Assembly: GCA_963676835.2 (NCBI GenBank)
Contig: CAXXFF010000001.1
Span: forward strand, 480,001 to 544,000
Direction of reading: 5' to 3'
DNA: 64,000 nt
Source: Marispirochaeta sp.
Lineage (GTDB): Bacteria; Spirochaetota; Spirochaetia; JC444; Marispirochaetaceae
Position numbers and translations under genes: made by a program. Positions 9,586-18,835 of the stretch are shown piece after piece. Position 1 is the first letter of the stretch. Every line of letters begins with the position of its first letter. A model generated the notes under the pieces. The model saw only the letters and a list, made by a program, of their open reading frames with translations. It had not been told where the DNA came from and ran no database searches.

Positions 9586-9618
9586 GGACAGCTCTAAAAA
9601 CGTGGTTTAGAGCTGCCC
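9586..9618 (-). other. Stem-loop just downstream of the P83/100 gene (possible terminator or processing hairpin)
   Basis: GGACAGCTCTAAA...TTTAGAGCTGCCC inverted repeat; no clear U-tract. Confidence 0.45.
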
Positions 9619-9623
9619 CTATA

Positions 9624-11165
9624 TTATTCTGCAATACTCTGCAGAGTTTCAGGATCAAGTACAAGCAGGCTGCCGTCATCCGCCTGGGCGTAAAGGGCAC
9701 CGGATTTCAGGCTGAGCCAGCTCTGGGGCAGTACTCCTGCTTCGGATGCGGCTTCCAGCTGCAGGTCGCCGTTAAAGCGGCCGATCTTATAGCCGTTATC
9801 GTCAATAACACCGAAAACCCTGCGTCCATCCACAAGAATAAAACTTTCTGCAAACATATCCGTATCGCCCTGGGCATTCATTTCAAAGCTTTCGGGATCT
9901 ATGCTTACAAGGCGTATGGCACGGTTGCCTCCGGACTCTCCGGCAATAACCAGGTAGGCATCTCCGAGAACCGCCAGATCCCGGGAGTGAATGGTATTGA
10001 TGCCGGAACGGCGGGTAATGCTTCCGCTTTTTGAATCGGAGTTGATAAGCTGTCTCAAACCGGCGGATTTATCCACCAGGTAAAGGAAAGGAACCTGCTC
10101 GGATTTATCCGCCGCCCGTTCTTCGATAATTCCCCGCTCATCGCCGGCAATTCCTTCACGTTCATCCCGGATTCTCTCAACCCGCTGCTGCACATCCGCT
10201 TCCGCCTTGCTTATATCCTCTTCCTTTGCGGCGGTATCTTCCTGCCGCTTCTGCACATCCTCTTCGCGTTTCGCAAGCTCATCTTCTCTGGCTGCAAGCT
10301 CTTCCTCCCGGGCTGCCCGCTCTTCGGGATTGCTTATTTCCTTCGCCTGCGCCTTGTCTTCTTCAAGCTGCGATTTGTCTTCGATGATCTGCCGGCTGTC
10401 TTCCTCGATGGCGGATTTTTCCTCTGCCAGAGCGTCTTTCGCCTCTTCGATCTTTCCCTGGTCCTCTTCTATTTCCCGCTCTTTCAATTCCGTCATCTCT
10501 TTGCGTTCCGGGATACCCTTATCTTCCTCACCCCGAAGTTCATTGATAACCTCATCGCCCGTAAGAGCATCGGTAGCAATTTTACCTTCGCCGTCGGAGA
10601 ACATGGCAGCTGTCAGGGGCAGAAGCAGCTGGGTATTGCCCGGCCACTGGCTGTAGACCGTTGCAAGGCCGGCCTTTGCAGGATCGAGAAAAGAGACCAC
10701 CATGGGCTGATAGGAGCTTGAAAAGTAGCCCGCATCGCCCCGGTGCACGGCGTTATAATAGCTTGCGAACTCAGCCAGCAGCTCTGCCTCTTCAAAACTG
10801 TAGCCGTAGGCCTGTTCAATATATGCGGCAAGAATCCGACGGAGGTTGCGGATATGATCCACCTGAGCGGATGCTTCGAGGATAAAAATATCTGCACTTA
10901 GAAGCTCCTGTTCCGCATCGTAAATACGCTTAATACGGTATTTACCGTCCAGCAGCACCGATCCGCCGGACATGCCGGAAGCAAGACTGCGGCCGATTCC
11001 AAGAATCTGGGAGAGAGAATCAATACGGTCGTGGGGGCCCTCATAATTGACAAATTCAACGGTGCCGATATCGACACTCTTAAGTTCAGATTCATCCAGA
11101 TCCTGGGACCATAGCGGCGAGATCAGAACGGCAGCGACGGCCAAAAGCGGCAGCAGACGTTTCAT
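9624..11165 (-). CDS. P83/100 antigen family protein (spirochete)
   Basis: FVNYEGPH, VDHIRNLRRI and YNAVHRG motifs; charged coiled-coil centre; signal peptide from ATG 11165 behind GGAGG. Confidence 0.8.
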   Translation of the reverse strand: MKRLLPLLAVAAVLISPLWSQDLDESELKSVDIGTVEFVNYEGPHDRIDSLSQILGIGRSLASGMSGGSVLLDGKYRIKRIYDAEQELLSADIFILEASAQVDHIRNLRRILAAYIEQAYGYSFEEAELLAEFASYYNAVHRGDAGYFSSSYQPMVVSFLDPAKAGLATVYSQWPGNTQLLLPLTAAMFSDGEGKIATDALTGDEVINELRGEEDKGIPERKEMTELKEREIEEDQGKIEEAKDALAEEKSAIEEDSRQIIEDKSQLEEDKAQAKEISNPEERAAREEELAAREDELAKREEDVQKRQEDTAAKEEDISKAEADVQQRVERIRDEREGIAGDERGIIEERAADKSEQVPFLYLVDKSAGLRQLINSDSKSGSITRRSGINTIHSRDLAVLGDAYLVIAGESGGNRAIRLVSIDPESFEMNAQGDTDMFAESFILVDGRRVFGVIDDNGYKIGRFNGDLQLEAASEAGVLPQSWLSLKSGALYAQADDGSLLVLDPETLQSIAE

Positions 11166-11237
11166 GGCATCCTCCATTACCTTCAAGTATACGGTAGAAG
11201 CGCGGTTTTGACAGCCCATTTTACTGTGAGTTGAAAC

Positions 11238-12983
11238 TTAATTGCGGTACTGAATAAGCTCCAGGGCATACTTGCGGTTTTCCCCATCCGGAGAGAGCCG
11301 ATAAACAGCCAGAGCACTCCGATAGAGGGAAAAATCAGGAATTGCGCCGTTATAGTCGAGGATTTTTCCAAGCGCCCCTATGCCCGCCCGTACAAGAAGG
11401 GAATTACCCCGGGCGACACCTTCAGCCTCAAGGACGGAAGCTATAGCCCTGCAGGAACTTCCATCCGCATCAGAGCCTATATTCCCGAGCCCCTCCATGG
11501 CAGCGGCTATAACTTCGTCCTGCCAGCCCTCCCGGGTTATTCGCTGCAGGGTTTTGCGCGAGGAAAACGCCCCCTCAGCGGCCAGGAGCTTTACACTCCT
11601 TAAACGGAGATCCGGATAATCGTTGGAAACTCTGGAACCGCTGTACAGTGGTGCCTCAAAGGCTTCTGCGGCTATTCTTCGAACCGTGTCAGCATAGAAT
11701 GGCGGATAACGGTAATTCCCCGGCTCCCCTTCTCCAAGCTTCTCCTCCGCCAGGGCCAGGGCTTTTTCACGGCCGAATCTGCCCGGCTGCTCCATAAAAG
11801 CCTGAATAAGCAGATAATCCGGGTCTGTTTGCCATGGAGCCGGCCGGGGGAGGCCGCCGATGAGCCTGCGGTTCCAGCGGCTGCCGGAAGCAGCACCGGG
11901 ACCGTTCCAGAGATCACCGGCAAAATCGGGAGAAGCACGGTATACGTAGAGGTTCCAGTCAGCACCGCCGCCGGCAAGAAGATCCTTCCCGGCCATGCCC
12001 GGCCGGTCGGTAACTCCCGGAAGCTTCAGGGTCTGAATAATTTCACCCCGGGGGGAAATTGTCGAAAGAGTTCCGTCCTCCCCGCAGGCAGTCAAACCGC
12101 CCCCGGTATTTGTAAAAAGCGCGGCGGGTCGGGTAAGCGGGGTTTTGATCCGGAAAAGTTCATCCCCGGCGCTATTGAAGGCAGTTACAGTTCCGCTTTT
12201 TTCAAGAACAGCGATGCCTCCTGGAACTTCACTTAAAAAATAGCCGGGACCGGATAGCTGCCTGCTCCAGGAGAGATGTCCGTCGGATGTAACTGCAGCC
12301 AGGGTGCCTTCGTTGCTGGCTGCATAGAGATACTCATCTCCCGCTGCCAGGGCCACCGCAGGGCCGGCCAGTCTGAAGCGCCAGGAAGGCTCTCCCCAGG
12401 GGTACCAGGCCTGCAGAAAACCGCTGCTTTCAGGCAGTATCAGCCTGCCCCTGCTGTCAATCAGAGGCTGACCGTAAACACTGGTCTCCAGATTCTCCTT
12501 CCAGAGAAGGGTCCCACGGTGATCAAGGGTCAGCATGGTTTTCCCCGCCACAGCATATATCTGCCCATCACTTCCACTGACAGGATCGGCGGTCAGAGGT
12601 TCATCGAGTCCCAGGTTCCATATCACTCTTCCGGCATTGTTAAGGGCAGTCAGCCTGGGCCTGCGCAGACCCATATAGGTGGTTCCGTCCACACCGACAC
12701 TTAAGAAATCTCCGGGGATTCCCGGAAGATCATCGCGCCTGAGGATTTTGCCCTCCCTGCTGACCCGGTATATGTACCGGTCTTCCGAAGCGAATAGAAT
12801 ATTCCCCCGTAAGTCTGCAGCAGGACGGCCCTTAATACGCCCCCCCGTGGGGAGCCTGAATAAAAATCCCTGCTGATTTTCATCGTACTCTTCTGCTGCA
12901 AGAGAACCGGAGGCGGCGGTTATAGCGAGGAAAAGCATAAAAATCATGATGGGAAATCTGAGAAAGCCGATAAGCCTCAACAC
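11238..12983 (-). CDS. Exported PQQ-like beta-propeller repeat protein with helical C-terminal domain
   Basis: Repeated G...W propeller motifs (GRVIW, GTLLW, GHLSW); signal peptide. Confidence 0.7.
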   Translation of the reverse strand: MLRLIGFLRFPIMIFMLFLAITAASGSLAAEEYDENQQGFLFRLPTGGRIKGRPAADLRGNILFASEDRYIYRVSREGKILRRDDLPGIPGDFLSVGVDGTTYMGLRRPRLTALNNAGRVIWNLGLDEPLTADPVSGSDGQIYAVAGKTMLTLDHRGTLLWKENLETSVYGQPLIDSRGRLILPESSGFLQAWYPWGEPSWRFRLAGPAVALAAGDEYLYAASNEGTLAAVTSDGHLSWSRQLSGPGYFLSEVPGGIAVLEKSGTVTAFNSAGDELFRIKTPLTRPAALFTNTGGGLTACGEDGTLSTISPRGEIIQTLKLPGVTDRPGMAGKDLLAGGGADWNLYVYRASPDFAGDLWNGPGAASGSRWNRRLIGGLPRPAPWQTDPDYLLIQAFMEQPGRFGREKALALAEEKLGEGEPGNYRYPPFYADTVRRIAAEAFEAPLYSGSRVSNDYPDLRLRSVKLLAAEGAFSSRKTLQRITREGWQDEVIAAAMEGLGNIGSDADGSSCRAIASVLEAEGVARGNSLLVRAGIGALGKILDYNGAIPDFSLYRSALAVYRLSPDGENRKYALELIQYRN

Positions 12984-13684
12984 CGGTAGGCACCTTTACA
13001 GAAAGAGGCACAGGGGCATGAGACACAGCTGCACCGGGCTCCGCAATGCTGTTTGCCGTGCTCCACAATCAGAGCATGGTATTCGCTGTAAATGTCAGCA
13101 TCTGCAGGCAGCACCTGCTCAAACTTGTTTCTCACTTCTTCATAATCCCCCATTTTCTCCACTCCCGCAAGGCGGCTTAAAAAACGGCGGGTGTACAAAT
13201 CAGCAATAAACAGGGGAACAGAAAAGGCATAGAGCAGTATGGAGTCGGCGGTTTCATAGCCGACACCCTTTATGGAGAGAAGAAAATCACGGCCCGGGGG
13301 ATTTTCCGGGAAGCTGAGATAGGGAGCTAAGGCTTTTGCCACTGCCAGAATACGCACAGCCTTCTGCCGGAAATATCCGCTTGACCGTATGAGACTCTCT
13401 ATCTCCTCCCGACCAAAGCGCAGCAGGTCTTCAGGAAGCAAAACACCTGCATTATACAGATTTATAAGTGCCTTTTCGGCATTATTCCAGTTGGTATTCT
13501 GGGTAAGTACCGCTCCAAGAATAATGGAGAAACGCTCCTCAGCACCGATCTCAGCCTTGTATCCGGCCAGCCGGTATCCCCGGGGACCATATCCATGGGT
13601 ACCGGCACGATACGGAATGGGCCACCATCCCTGTTCCCCGTAGGCGGCAAAAAGAATACTGTACACTTTTTCCAGACCGCTCAT
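12977..13684 (-). CDS. HhH-GPD / endonuclease III-related DNA glycosylase
   Basis: GAVLTQNTNW, IRSSGYFRQKA, IKGVGYETADSILLYA; C-terminal Cys cluster. Confidence 0.85.
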   Translation of the reverse strand: MSGLEKVYSILFAAYGEQGWWPIPYRAGTHGYGPRGYRLAGYKAEIGAEERFSIILGAVLTQNTNWNNAEKALINLYNAGVLLPEDLLRFGREEIESLIRSSGYFRQKAVRILAVAKALAPYLSFPENPPGRDFLLSIKGVGYETADSILLYAFSVPLFIADLYTRRFLSRLAGVEKMGDYEEVRNKFEQVLPADADIYSEYHALIVEHGKQHCGARCSCVSCPCASFCKGAYRC

Positions 13685-13713
13685 CCCCGGAAGTGTTGCA
13701 TTAATAGGGGGAT

Positions 13714-13745
13714 AAAAAAAGAGCCCCCGCTAACACGGAGGCTCT
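13714..13745 (-). terminator. Rho-independent terminator of ppdK
   Basis: Minus strand GAGCCTCCG-loop-CGGGGGCTC then T7. Confidence 0.8.
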
Positions 13746-13766
13746 GCAGTAAGCAGTCCCGCAGAC

Positions 13767-16424
13767 TTATCTGTCTGACAGAACCGCCTGAGCTGCCGCA
13801 AGACGGGCAATGGGCACCCTGAAGGGAGAACAGGAGACATAGTTGAGCCCGGTTTTATAGAAGAATTCTATAGACCGGGGATCTCCGCCATGTTCCCCGC
13901 AGACTCCCATCTTCATGCCGGGTTTGGTTTTACGTCCAAGTTCCACGGCAGTCGAAACCAGTCTGCCTACACCGGATATATCGATACTGGAAAAGGGATC
14001 GTGGTGAAGAATATTCTTCTCCAGATACTGGGGAATGAAGCTGCCCGCATCATCCCTGGAGAAGCCGTAGGTCATCTGGGTGAGGTCGTTGGTTCCAAAG
14101 CTGAAAAAATCTGCGTGGGCAGCCACTTCATCAGCAGTTATCGCCGCCCGGGGAATCTCTATCATGGTACCCACGGAACAGACAATGTCCACCTTTTTCT
14201 TCTTCATGGTCTCATCGGCAACTCTACAGGCAAGCTCCCGCAGAATCTCAATCTCCTCCCGGGTTCCAACCAGGGGAATCATGATTTCGGGAAACACTTC
14301 AACTCCGCTTTTTTTAACCTCACAGGCAGCCTGAATAATTGCTTCCACCTGCATTTCATAAATTTCCGGGAAGGTAACTCCCAGGCGGCAGCCCCGATGT
14401 CCAAGCATGGGGTTTGCCTCATGCAGAGATTCGATCTTTGCCTTCAGGGCTGCAGGCTTTATTCCAAGATCAGCGGAGATCTGCTTTATGTCCGCCGGTG
14501 TGGAGGGGACAAACTCATGCAGCGGCGGATCGAGAAGCCGAATAGTAACAGGATTACCGGCCATGGCCTTGAAGATGCCTTTGAAATCCTTTTTCTGCAA
14601 AGGCAGCAGCCGCTTCAGGGCCTTCTTTCTCTCTTCTGTGGAATCGGCAACAATCATCTCCTGAAAGATTGCCAGCTTGCCGTTCTCGAAAAACATATGC
14701 TCCGTGCGGCAGAGACCTATACCTTCCGCTCCGAAGCTGCGGGCCACCACGGCATCCTGCGGCTGATCGGCATTGGTGCGGATGGAAAATCCTTTTCCAT
14801 CGACATTTTCCCGTTCGGCACTGTTACGTATTTCGTCTGTCCAGGAGAGAAAGCGGGCAAGATCTTTTGTCATCTTCGGAACCACCAATGCCGCTTTTCC
14901 GGCAAATACTTCTCCGGTAGTACCGTTAATGGTAACCCAGTCCCCCTCTTTGAATTTATGGCTGCCAACTGCAAAGGTTTTTCCGCTGATGTTCAGCTCC
15001 TTACAGCCGGCAACACAGGGAGTTCCCATACCCCGGGCCACAACTGCAGCATGGCTGGTCATTCCGCCGGTGGACGTCAGCACGCCTTCGGCGGCATGCA
15101 TTCCACCGATATCTTCAGGGCTGGTCTCCCGGCGTACAAGCAGTACTTTTTTTCCCAGCGAAACCCATCGTTCCGCCTCATCCGCACTGAACACCACCTG
15201 TCCTGCAGCCGCACCGGGAGAGGCATTAAGTCCCTTTGTAATCAGTTTCACATCCTGATTCTGTTTGGGATCGATATTCGGATGAAAAAGCTGATCCAGC
15301 TGGGCAGGGCTCACCCGCAAGACTGCAGTATTTCGGTCAATGGCGCCTTCTTCCACCATATCTACAGCACATTTTACAGCCGCAGCCCCGGTACGTTTTG
15401 CATTTCTTGTCTGGAGGATAAAAAGCTCACCTTCCTGAATGGTAAACTCCATATCCTGCATATCCCGGTAATGATCTTCCAGAGAATCTTTGAGATCGAC
15501 CAGCTTTTTATATGCCTGAGCATTGGTTTTTTTCAGGGTACTTATAGGCCGGGGGGTTCGGATTCCCGCCACAACATCTTCACCCTGGGCATTCATAAGA
15601 AACTCACCATAAAAAACATTCTTTCCCGTTGAAGGGTCCCGGCTGAAACAGACACCGGTACCGCTGGTGTCACCGAAATTGCCGAAAACCATACTCTGAA
15701 CATTTACTGCGGTACCGAGAAGATCATCAATCTCGTTTATTCGACGGTATTTAATTGCCTGGGGATTATTCCATGAGCCGAATACCGCATCGATGGCATA
15801 ATTAAGCTGAACCTTGGGATCCTGGGGAAAGGCTTTCCCTGAGGCTTTTTTATATGCCCCCTTGTAGAGATCTACCAGTTCTTCGAGATCCCCGGCGGTA
15901 AGATGGGTATCCTCCTCCACTTTTTTCTTCTTTTTCATCCTGTGCAGAAGATCCTCAAACAGATTGATATCCAGACCCATGGCCACATTGGCAAACATCT
16001 GGATAAACCGGCGGTAGGCATCCCAGGCAAAACGGGGATTTCCCGTAAGCTCGCTCAAGCCTTTTACCGCCTTGTCGTTCATTCCCAGGTTGAGAATGGT
16101 GTCCATCATACCCGGCATGGATACAGCTGCTCCGGAACGGACCGAAACAAGCAGGGGATCTTTATGATCTCCCAGCTTCTTTCCCATCAGTTTTTCCAGA
16201 TGATCAAGATTTTCTGCAATCTGTTCGGATACACCATCGGGATAGGTACGGTTGTTTTTGTAGTAGGAGTCGCACACTTCTGTAGAAATAGTGAACCCCG
16301 GGGGGACGGGAATACCCAGGATGGTCATTTCCGCCAGGTTTGCCCCCTTTCCGCCGAGAAGCTCCTTCATAGATGCGCTTCCGTCGGCGTTTCCGTTACC
16401 GAAGAAATAGACGAATTTCTCCAT
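13767..16424 (-). CDS. ppdK: Pyruvate, phosphate dikinase
   Basis: LLGGKGANLAEM, SVRSGAAVSMPGMMDT, GGMTSHAAVVARG (phospho-His), FSFGTNDLTQ, CGEHGG. Confidence 0.97.
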   Translation of the reverse strand: MEKFVYFFGNGNADGSASMKELLGGKGANLAEMTILGIPVPPGFTISTEVCDSYYKNNRTYPDGVSEQIAENLDHLEKLMGKKLGDHKDPLLVSVRSGAAVSMPGMMDTILNLGMNDKAVKGLSELTGNPRFAWDAYRRFIQMFANVAMGLDINLFEDLLHRMKKKKKVEEDTHLTAGDLEELVDLYKGAYKKASGKAFPQDPKVQLNYAIDAVFGSWNNPQAIKYRRINEIDDLLGTAVNVQSMVFGNFGDTSGTGVCFSRDPSTGKNVFYGEFLMNAQGEDVVAGIRTPRPISTLKKTNAQAYKKLVDLKDSLEDHYRDMQDMEFTIQEGELFILQTRNAKRTGAAAVKCAVDMVEEGAIDRNTAVLRVSPAQLDQLFHPNIDPKQNQDVKLITKGLNASPGAAAGQVVFSADEAERWVSLGKKVLLVRRETSPEDIGGMHAAEGVLTSTGGMTSHAAVVARGMGTPCVAGCKELNISGKTFAVGSHKFKEGDWVTINGTTGEVFAGKAALVVPKMTKDLARFLSWTDEIRNSAERENVDGKGFSIRTNADQPQDAVVARSFGAEGIGLCRTEHMFFENGKLAIFQEMIVADSTEERKKALKRLLPLQKKDFKGIFKAMAGNPVTIRLLDPPLHEFVPSTPADIKQISADLGIKPAALKAKIESLHEANPMLGHRGCRLGVTFPEIYEMQVEAIIQAACEVKKSGVEVFPEIMIPLVGTREEIEILRELACRVADETMKKKKVDIVCSVGTMIEIPRAAITADEVAAHADFFSFGTNDLTQMTYGFSRDDAGSFIPQYLEKNILHHDPFSSIDISGVGRLVSTAVELGRKTKPGMKMGVCGEHGGDPRSIEFFYKTGLNYVSCSPFRVPIARLAAAQAVLSDR

Positions 16425-16526
16425 AACTATTTTTTTCCTCCATATGTTAATACCGGACCTTCATCGCCGGTATGAGATACACGATATTGGTCTTACCAGT
16501 TATCACTATAAACCCGATTCGGCCAT

Positions 16527-16564
16527 AAAAAAAGCCCTGATTCCATATATTTGGAAATCAGGGC
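16527..16564 (-). terminator. Rho-independent terminator of the sigma factor gene
   Basis: GCCCTGATT(T)CCA inverted repeat with T7 on the minus strand. Confidence 0.8.
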
Positions 16565-16588
16565 CGAATATTCAGTATATGAGACAGA

Positions 16589-17461
16589 TCAGGCGGTGTA
16601 AGCCTCCAGATACTGGCTCCGGGAAGGATGCTGAAGCCGTTTAATGGCTTTTTTCTCGATCTGCCGGATCCGTTCCTTGGTAAGGTTATACTTGTCGCCG
16701 ATCTCCTTGAGAGAGAGAGGACTGTAGCCGTTCAGTCCGAAACGGTACTGGATAATCTCGGATTCCTTATCGGTGAGGGTGTTGAGTACCTCGTTGATAT
16801 CAGCTATCAGAGAGTTTTCAATTGCTACATCTTCAGGCTGTTCGTAACCGGAATCTTCGATAAAATCTCCAAGCTGGGAAGAATCTTTCTCGTTGTAAAC
16901 CGGTGTCTCCAGAGAAACCAGATCCCGTGAGATATTTATCAGGTCCTGTACATGGCTTTCGTCCATGTTAACCGCCCGGGCAATCTCCTTCAGTTCAGGA
17001 TCTTCCGCTTTACCGGACTGCAGTTCCTTGCGTGCCTTCTCTATCTGGACCAGTTCGTTTGCCCTGTTTAAGGGTAGACGGATCATTCTGGACTTTTCGC
17101 AGATTGCCTTCAGTATAGCCTGCCGGATCCACCATACCGCGTAGGATATGAAATGGTATCCCTTGTCTACATCAAAGCGCTCGATGGCGTTCATAAGACC
17201 GATATTGCCTTCGCTTATCAGGTCTGTCAGGGGGAGTCCCTGATTCTGATATTTTTTGGCCACGTTTACTACAAAACGAAGGTTTGCCTGAACCAGTTTA
17301 TCTTTTGCCCACTGCTCGCCTTTTTCAGCTGCCCGGGCGTATTTATCTTCTTCCTCCCTGGTCAACAGGGGGATTCGGTTGATTTCCTTGAGGTACATGG
17401 AAAGAACGTTTTCATCGTCATATGAACTTCTTTTACCTGCATACTGTCGTGTCTGAGCCAT
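16589..17461 (-). CDS. Group 2 sigma70-family factor lacking region 1.1 (RpoS-like of spirochetes)
   Basis: YLKEINRIPLLT, ANLRFVVNVAKKY, SYAVWWIRQAI, TKERIRQIE; 290 aa from ATG 17461 with AGGAGG SD. Confidence 0.9.
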   Translation of the reverse strand: MAQTRQYAGKRSSYDDENVLSMYLKEINRIPLLTREEEDKYARAAEKGEQWAKDKLVQANLRFVVNVAKKYQNQGLPLTDLISEGNIGLMNAIERFDVDKGYHFISYAVWWIRQAILKAICEKSRMIRLPLNRANELVQIEKARKELQSGKAEDPELKEIARAVNMDESHVQDLINISRDLVSLETPVYNEKDSSQLGDFIEDSGYEQPEDVAIENSLIADINEVLNTLTDKESEIIQYRFGLNGYSPLSLKEIGDKYNLTKERIRQIEKKAIKRLQHPSRSQYLEAYTA

Positions 17462-17483
17462 TGTTGCCTCCTGCATAATATAA

Positions 17484-17500
17484 TGCAATCGGTGTGCCAA
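17484..17500 (-). promoter_or_regulatory. sigma54 (-24/-12) promoter
   Basis: Minus strand TTGGCACACCGATTGCA matches TGGCAC-N5-TTGCA exactly, 22 nt before the start codon. Confidence 0.85.
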
Positions 17501-17635
17501 CAAACACAATTTTAACAAATTTTATATTTCGTTACAGGGTAGCGATTTATTTAATGCGATTATTTTAATAATCTTTACCCTGAATATGCGGTGAGTCAAA
17601 ATAACCCAGTATCAATATTTTTCCCTTTTACTGCG

Positions 17636-18313
17636 TCAAAAAAGGCCAAATAGGAGTTCTTCCTCAGCGATTGTGCGCCCGCAGCATTGAGAATAGGATA
17701 AACCGCTTCTGCAGGGGCAGGGATCAGAGCCGTTTACCCGGTTATGCTTATGAAAATCTACGGTTATTATGCCGCCGTTTTCATCCGGATCATCGGGAAC
17801 GGAAAAATAGGGAAAAATAATATCAATGGAAGCAAAGAGTTCAAGCTTCTCACACAGGCCCTTGCTGCGGAGAACTCCCGAATGGATTATCCCCTGCCAG
17901 TACTCGTAGATAAGGTCCCAGATCATGTCCTTTTCGCCCTGACTGCCGATCTTTCTGCTGCGTTTGGAGCTGAGGTACTTTTTCAGCTGTATGGCATAGA
18001 ATGCATTCCAGTCGTCAAGCTCCTGGTTAGGCTGACGCAGCATACCGTAATCATTGATAAAGCGGTCGGCCATTCGTCCGGCATAACTTCTTGGTGCAAC
18101 AGTTCTGGCGGTTTTCCAGGTTTTGAGGGCGGAAGAAGGCATACCCACCTTTTTCAGGGCAATTCCAAGGTAGAAAAGCCTCATGACCAGATCGTTACGC
18201 TGACTGACAGGACAACGCTTTACCGACTGACGAAGATACTCCAGAGCGACTCCGGGCCTGTGATGCGCAAGAAGCCGTTTTCCGCTGATGAACATTCTTT
18301 TGCTCGTATGCAT
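17636..18313 (-). CDS. Hypothetical protein with TPR-like N-terminus and C-terminal SEC-C motif
   Basis: DPCPCRSGLSYSQCCG SEC-C motif. Confidence 0.7.
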   Translation of the reverse strand: MHTSKRMFISGKRLLAHHRPGVALEYLRQSVKRCPVSQRNDLVMRLFYLGIALKKVGMPSSALKTWKTARTVAPRSYAGRMADRFINDYGMLRQPNQELDDWNAFYAIQLKKYLSSKRSRKIGSQGEKDMIWDLIYEYWQGIIHSGVLRSKGLCEKLELFASIDIIFPYFSVPDDPDENGGIITVDFHKHNRVNGSDPCPCRSGLSYSQCCGRTIAEEELLFGLF

Positions 18314-18368
18314 CCCTAACTCCAGGAGATAAAATACTTACACAAAAGCAAATCGGCAATAGGCGCCC

Positions 18369-18397
18369 TTGACCCTTTTTCCCTCACTCCGTATATT
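18369..18397 (+). promoter_or_regulatory. sigma70 promoter of groES
   Basis: TTGACC-17bp-TATATT. Confidence 0.65.
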
Positions 18398-18461
18398 TCA
18401 GAACGAATTCAATTAACACTTAGGTAATTTTCCCCGGTGGAAATATATACAGGAGGAATGA

Positions 18462-18725
18462 ATGAAGGTTAATCCGATTGGCGATCGCGTACTGATCAAG
18501 CTTGAAGAAATGGAAGAGAAAACTGCAAGCGGGATCTTTATCCCCCAGACAGCCCAGGAAAAAACTCAGTCCGGAATTATCGAAGCAGTAGGCGACGATG
18601 AGTCTGTTACCGTAAAGGTCGGACAGAAGGTAATGTACGACAAATATGCCGGAACAACCATTACCGTTGACGGTACTGATATGCTCCTCGTACGCATGTC
18701 AGACATTATGGCTGTTATCGACTGA
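18462..18725 (+). CDS. groES: Co-chaperonin GroES (monocistronic)
   Basis: PIGDRVLI, KTASGIFIP, KYAGT; SD AGGAGG. Confidence 0.95.
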   Translation: MKVNPIGDRVLIKLEEMEEKTASGIFIPQTAQEKTQSGIIEAVGDDESVTVKVGQKVMYDKYAGTTITVDGTDMLLVRMSDIMAVID

Positions 18726-18756
18726 TACAGATCAATGCGAATTCAAATGAGTTCGG

Positions 18757-18789
18757 ACCTCCCGCTTAAAACAGGCGGGAGGTTTTTTT
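18757..18789 (+). terminator. Rho-independent terminator after groES
   Basis: ACCTCCCGC-loop-GCGGGAGGT followed by a T-tract. Confidence 0.9.
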
Positions 18790-18835
18790 ATACCCTTAAA
18801 AAATTGCAGTCTGCAGCCGCATTGTCCGGCAGCAT

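Noticed and set aside
10130..10520. Repetitive E/K/R-rich stretch
   Set aside because: Coiled-coil coding region of P83/100, not a DNA repeat or array
13890..15632. 580-aa plus-strand ORF
   Set aside because: Lies wholly antisense to ppdK; no recognisable motifs; typical codon-bias shadow ORF
17462..17518. N-terminal extension of the sigma factor
   Set aside because: Overlaps the SD and sigma54 promoter; ATG 17461 is the better start
18413..18440. CIRCE element before groES
   Set aside because: Only a degenerate half-site (TTAACACTT); no inverted second half
18462..18725. groES without groEL as a novelty
   Set aside because: Separate groES and groEL loci are usual in spirochetes
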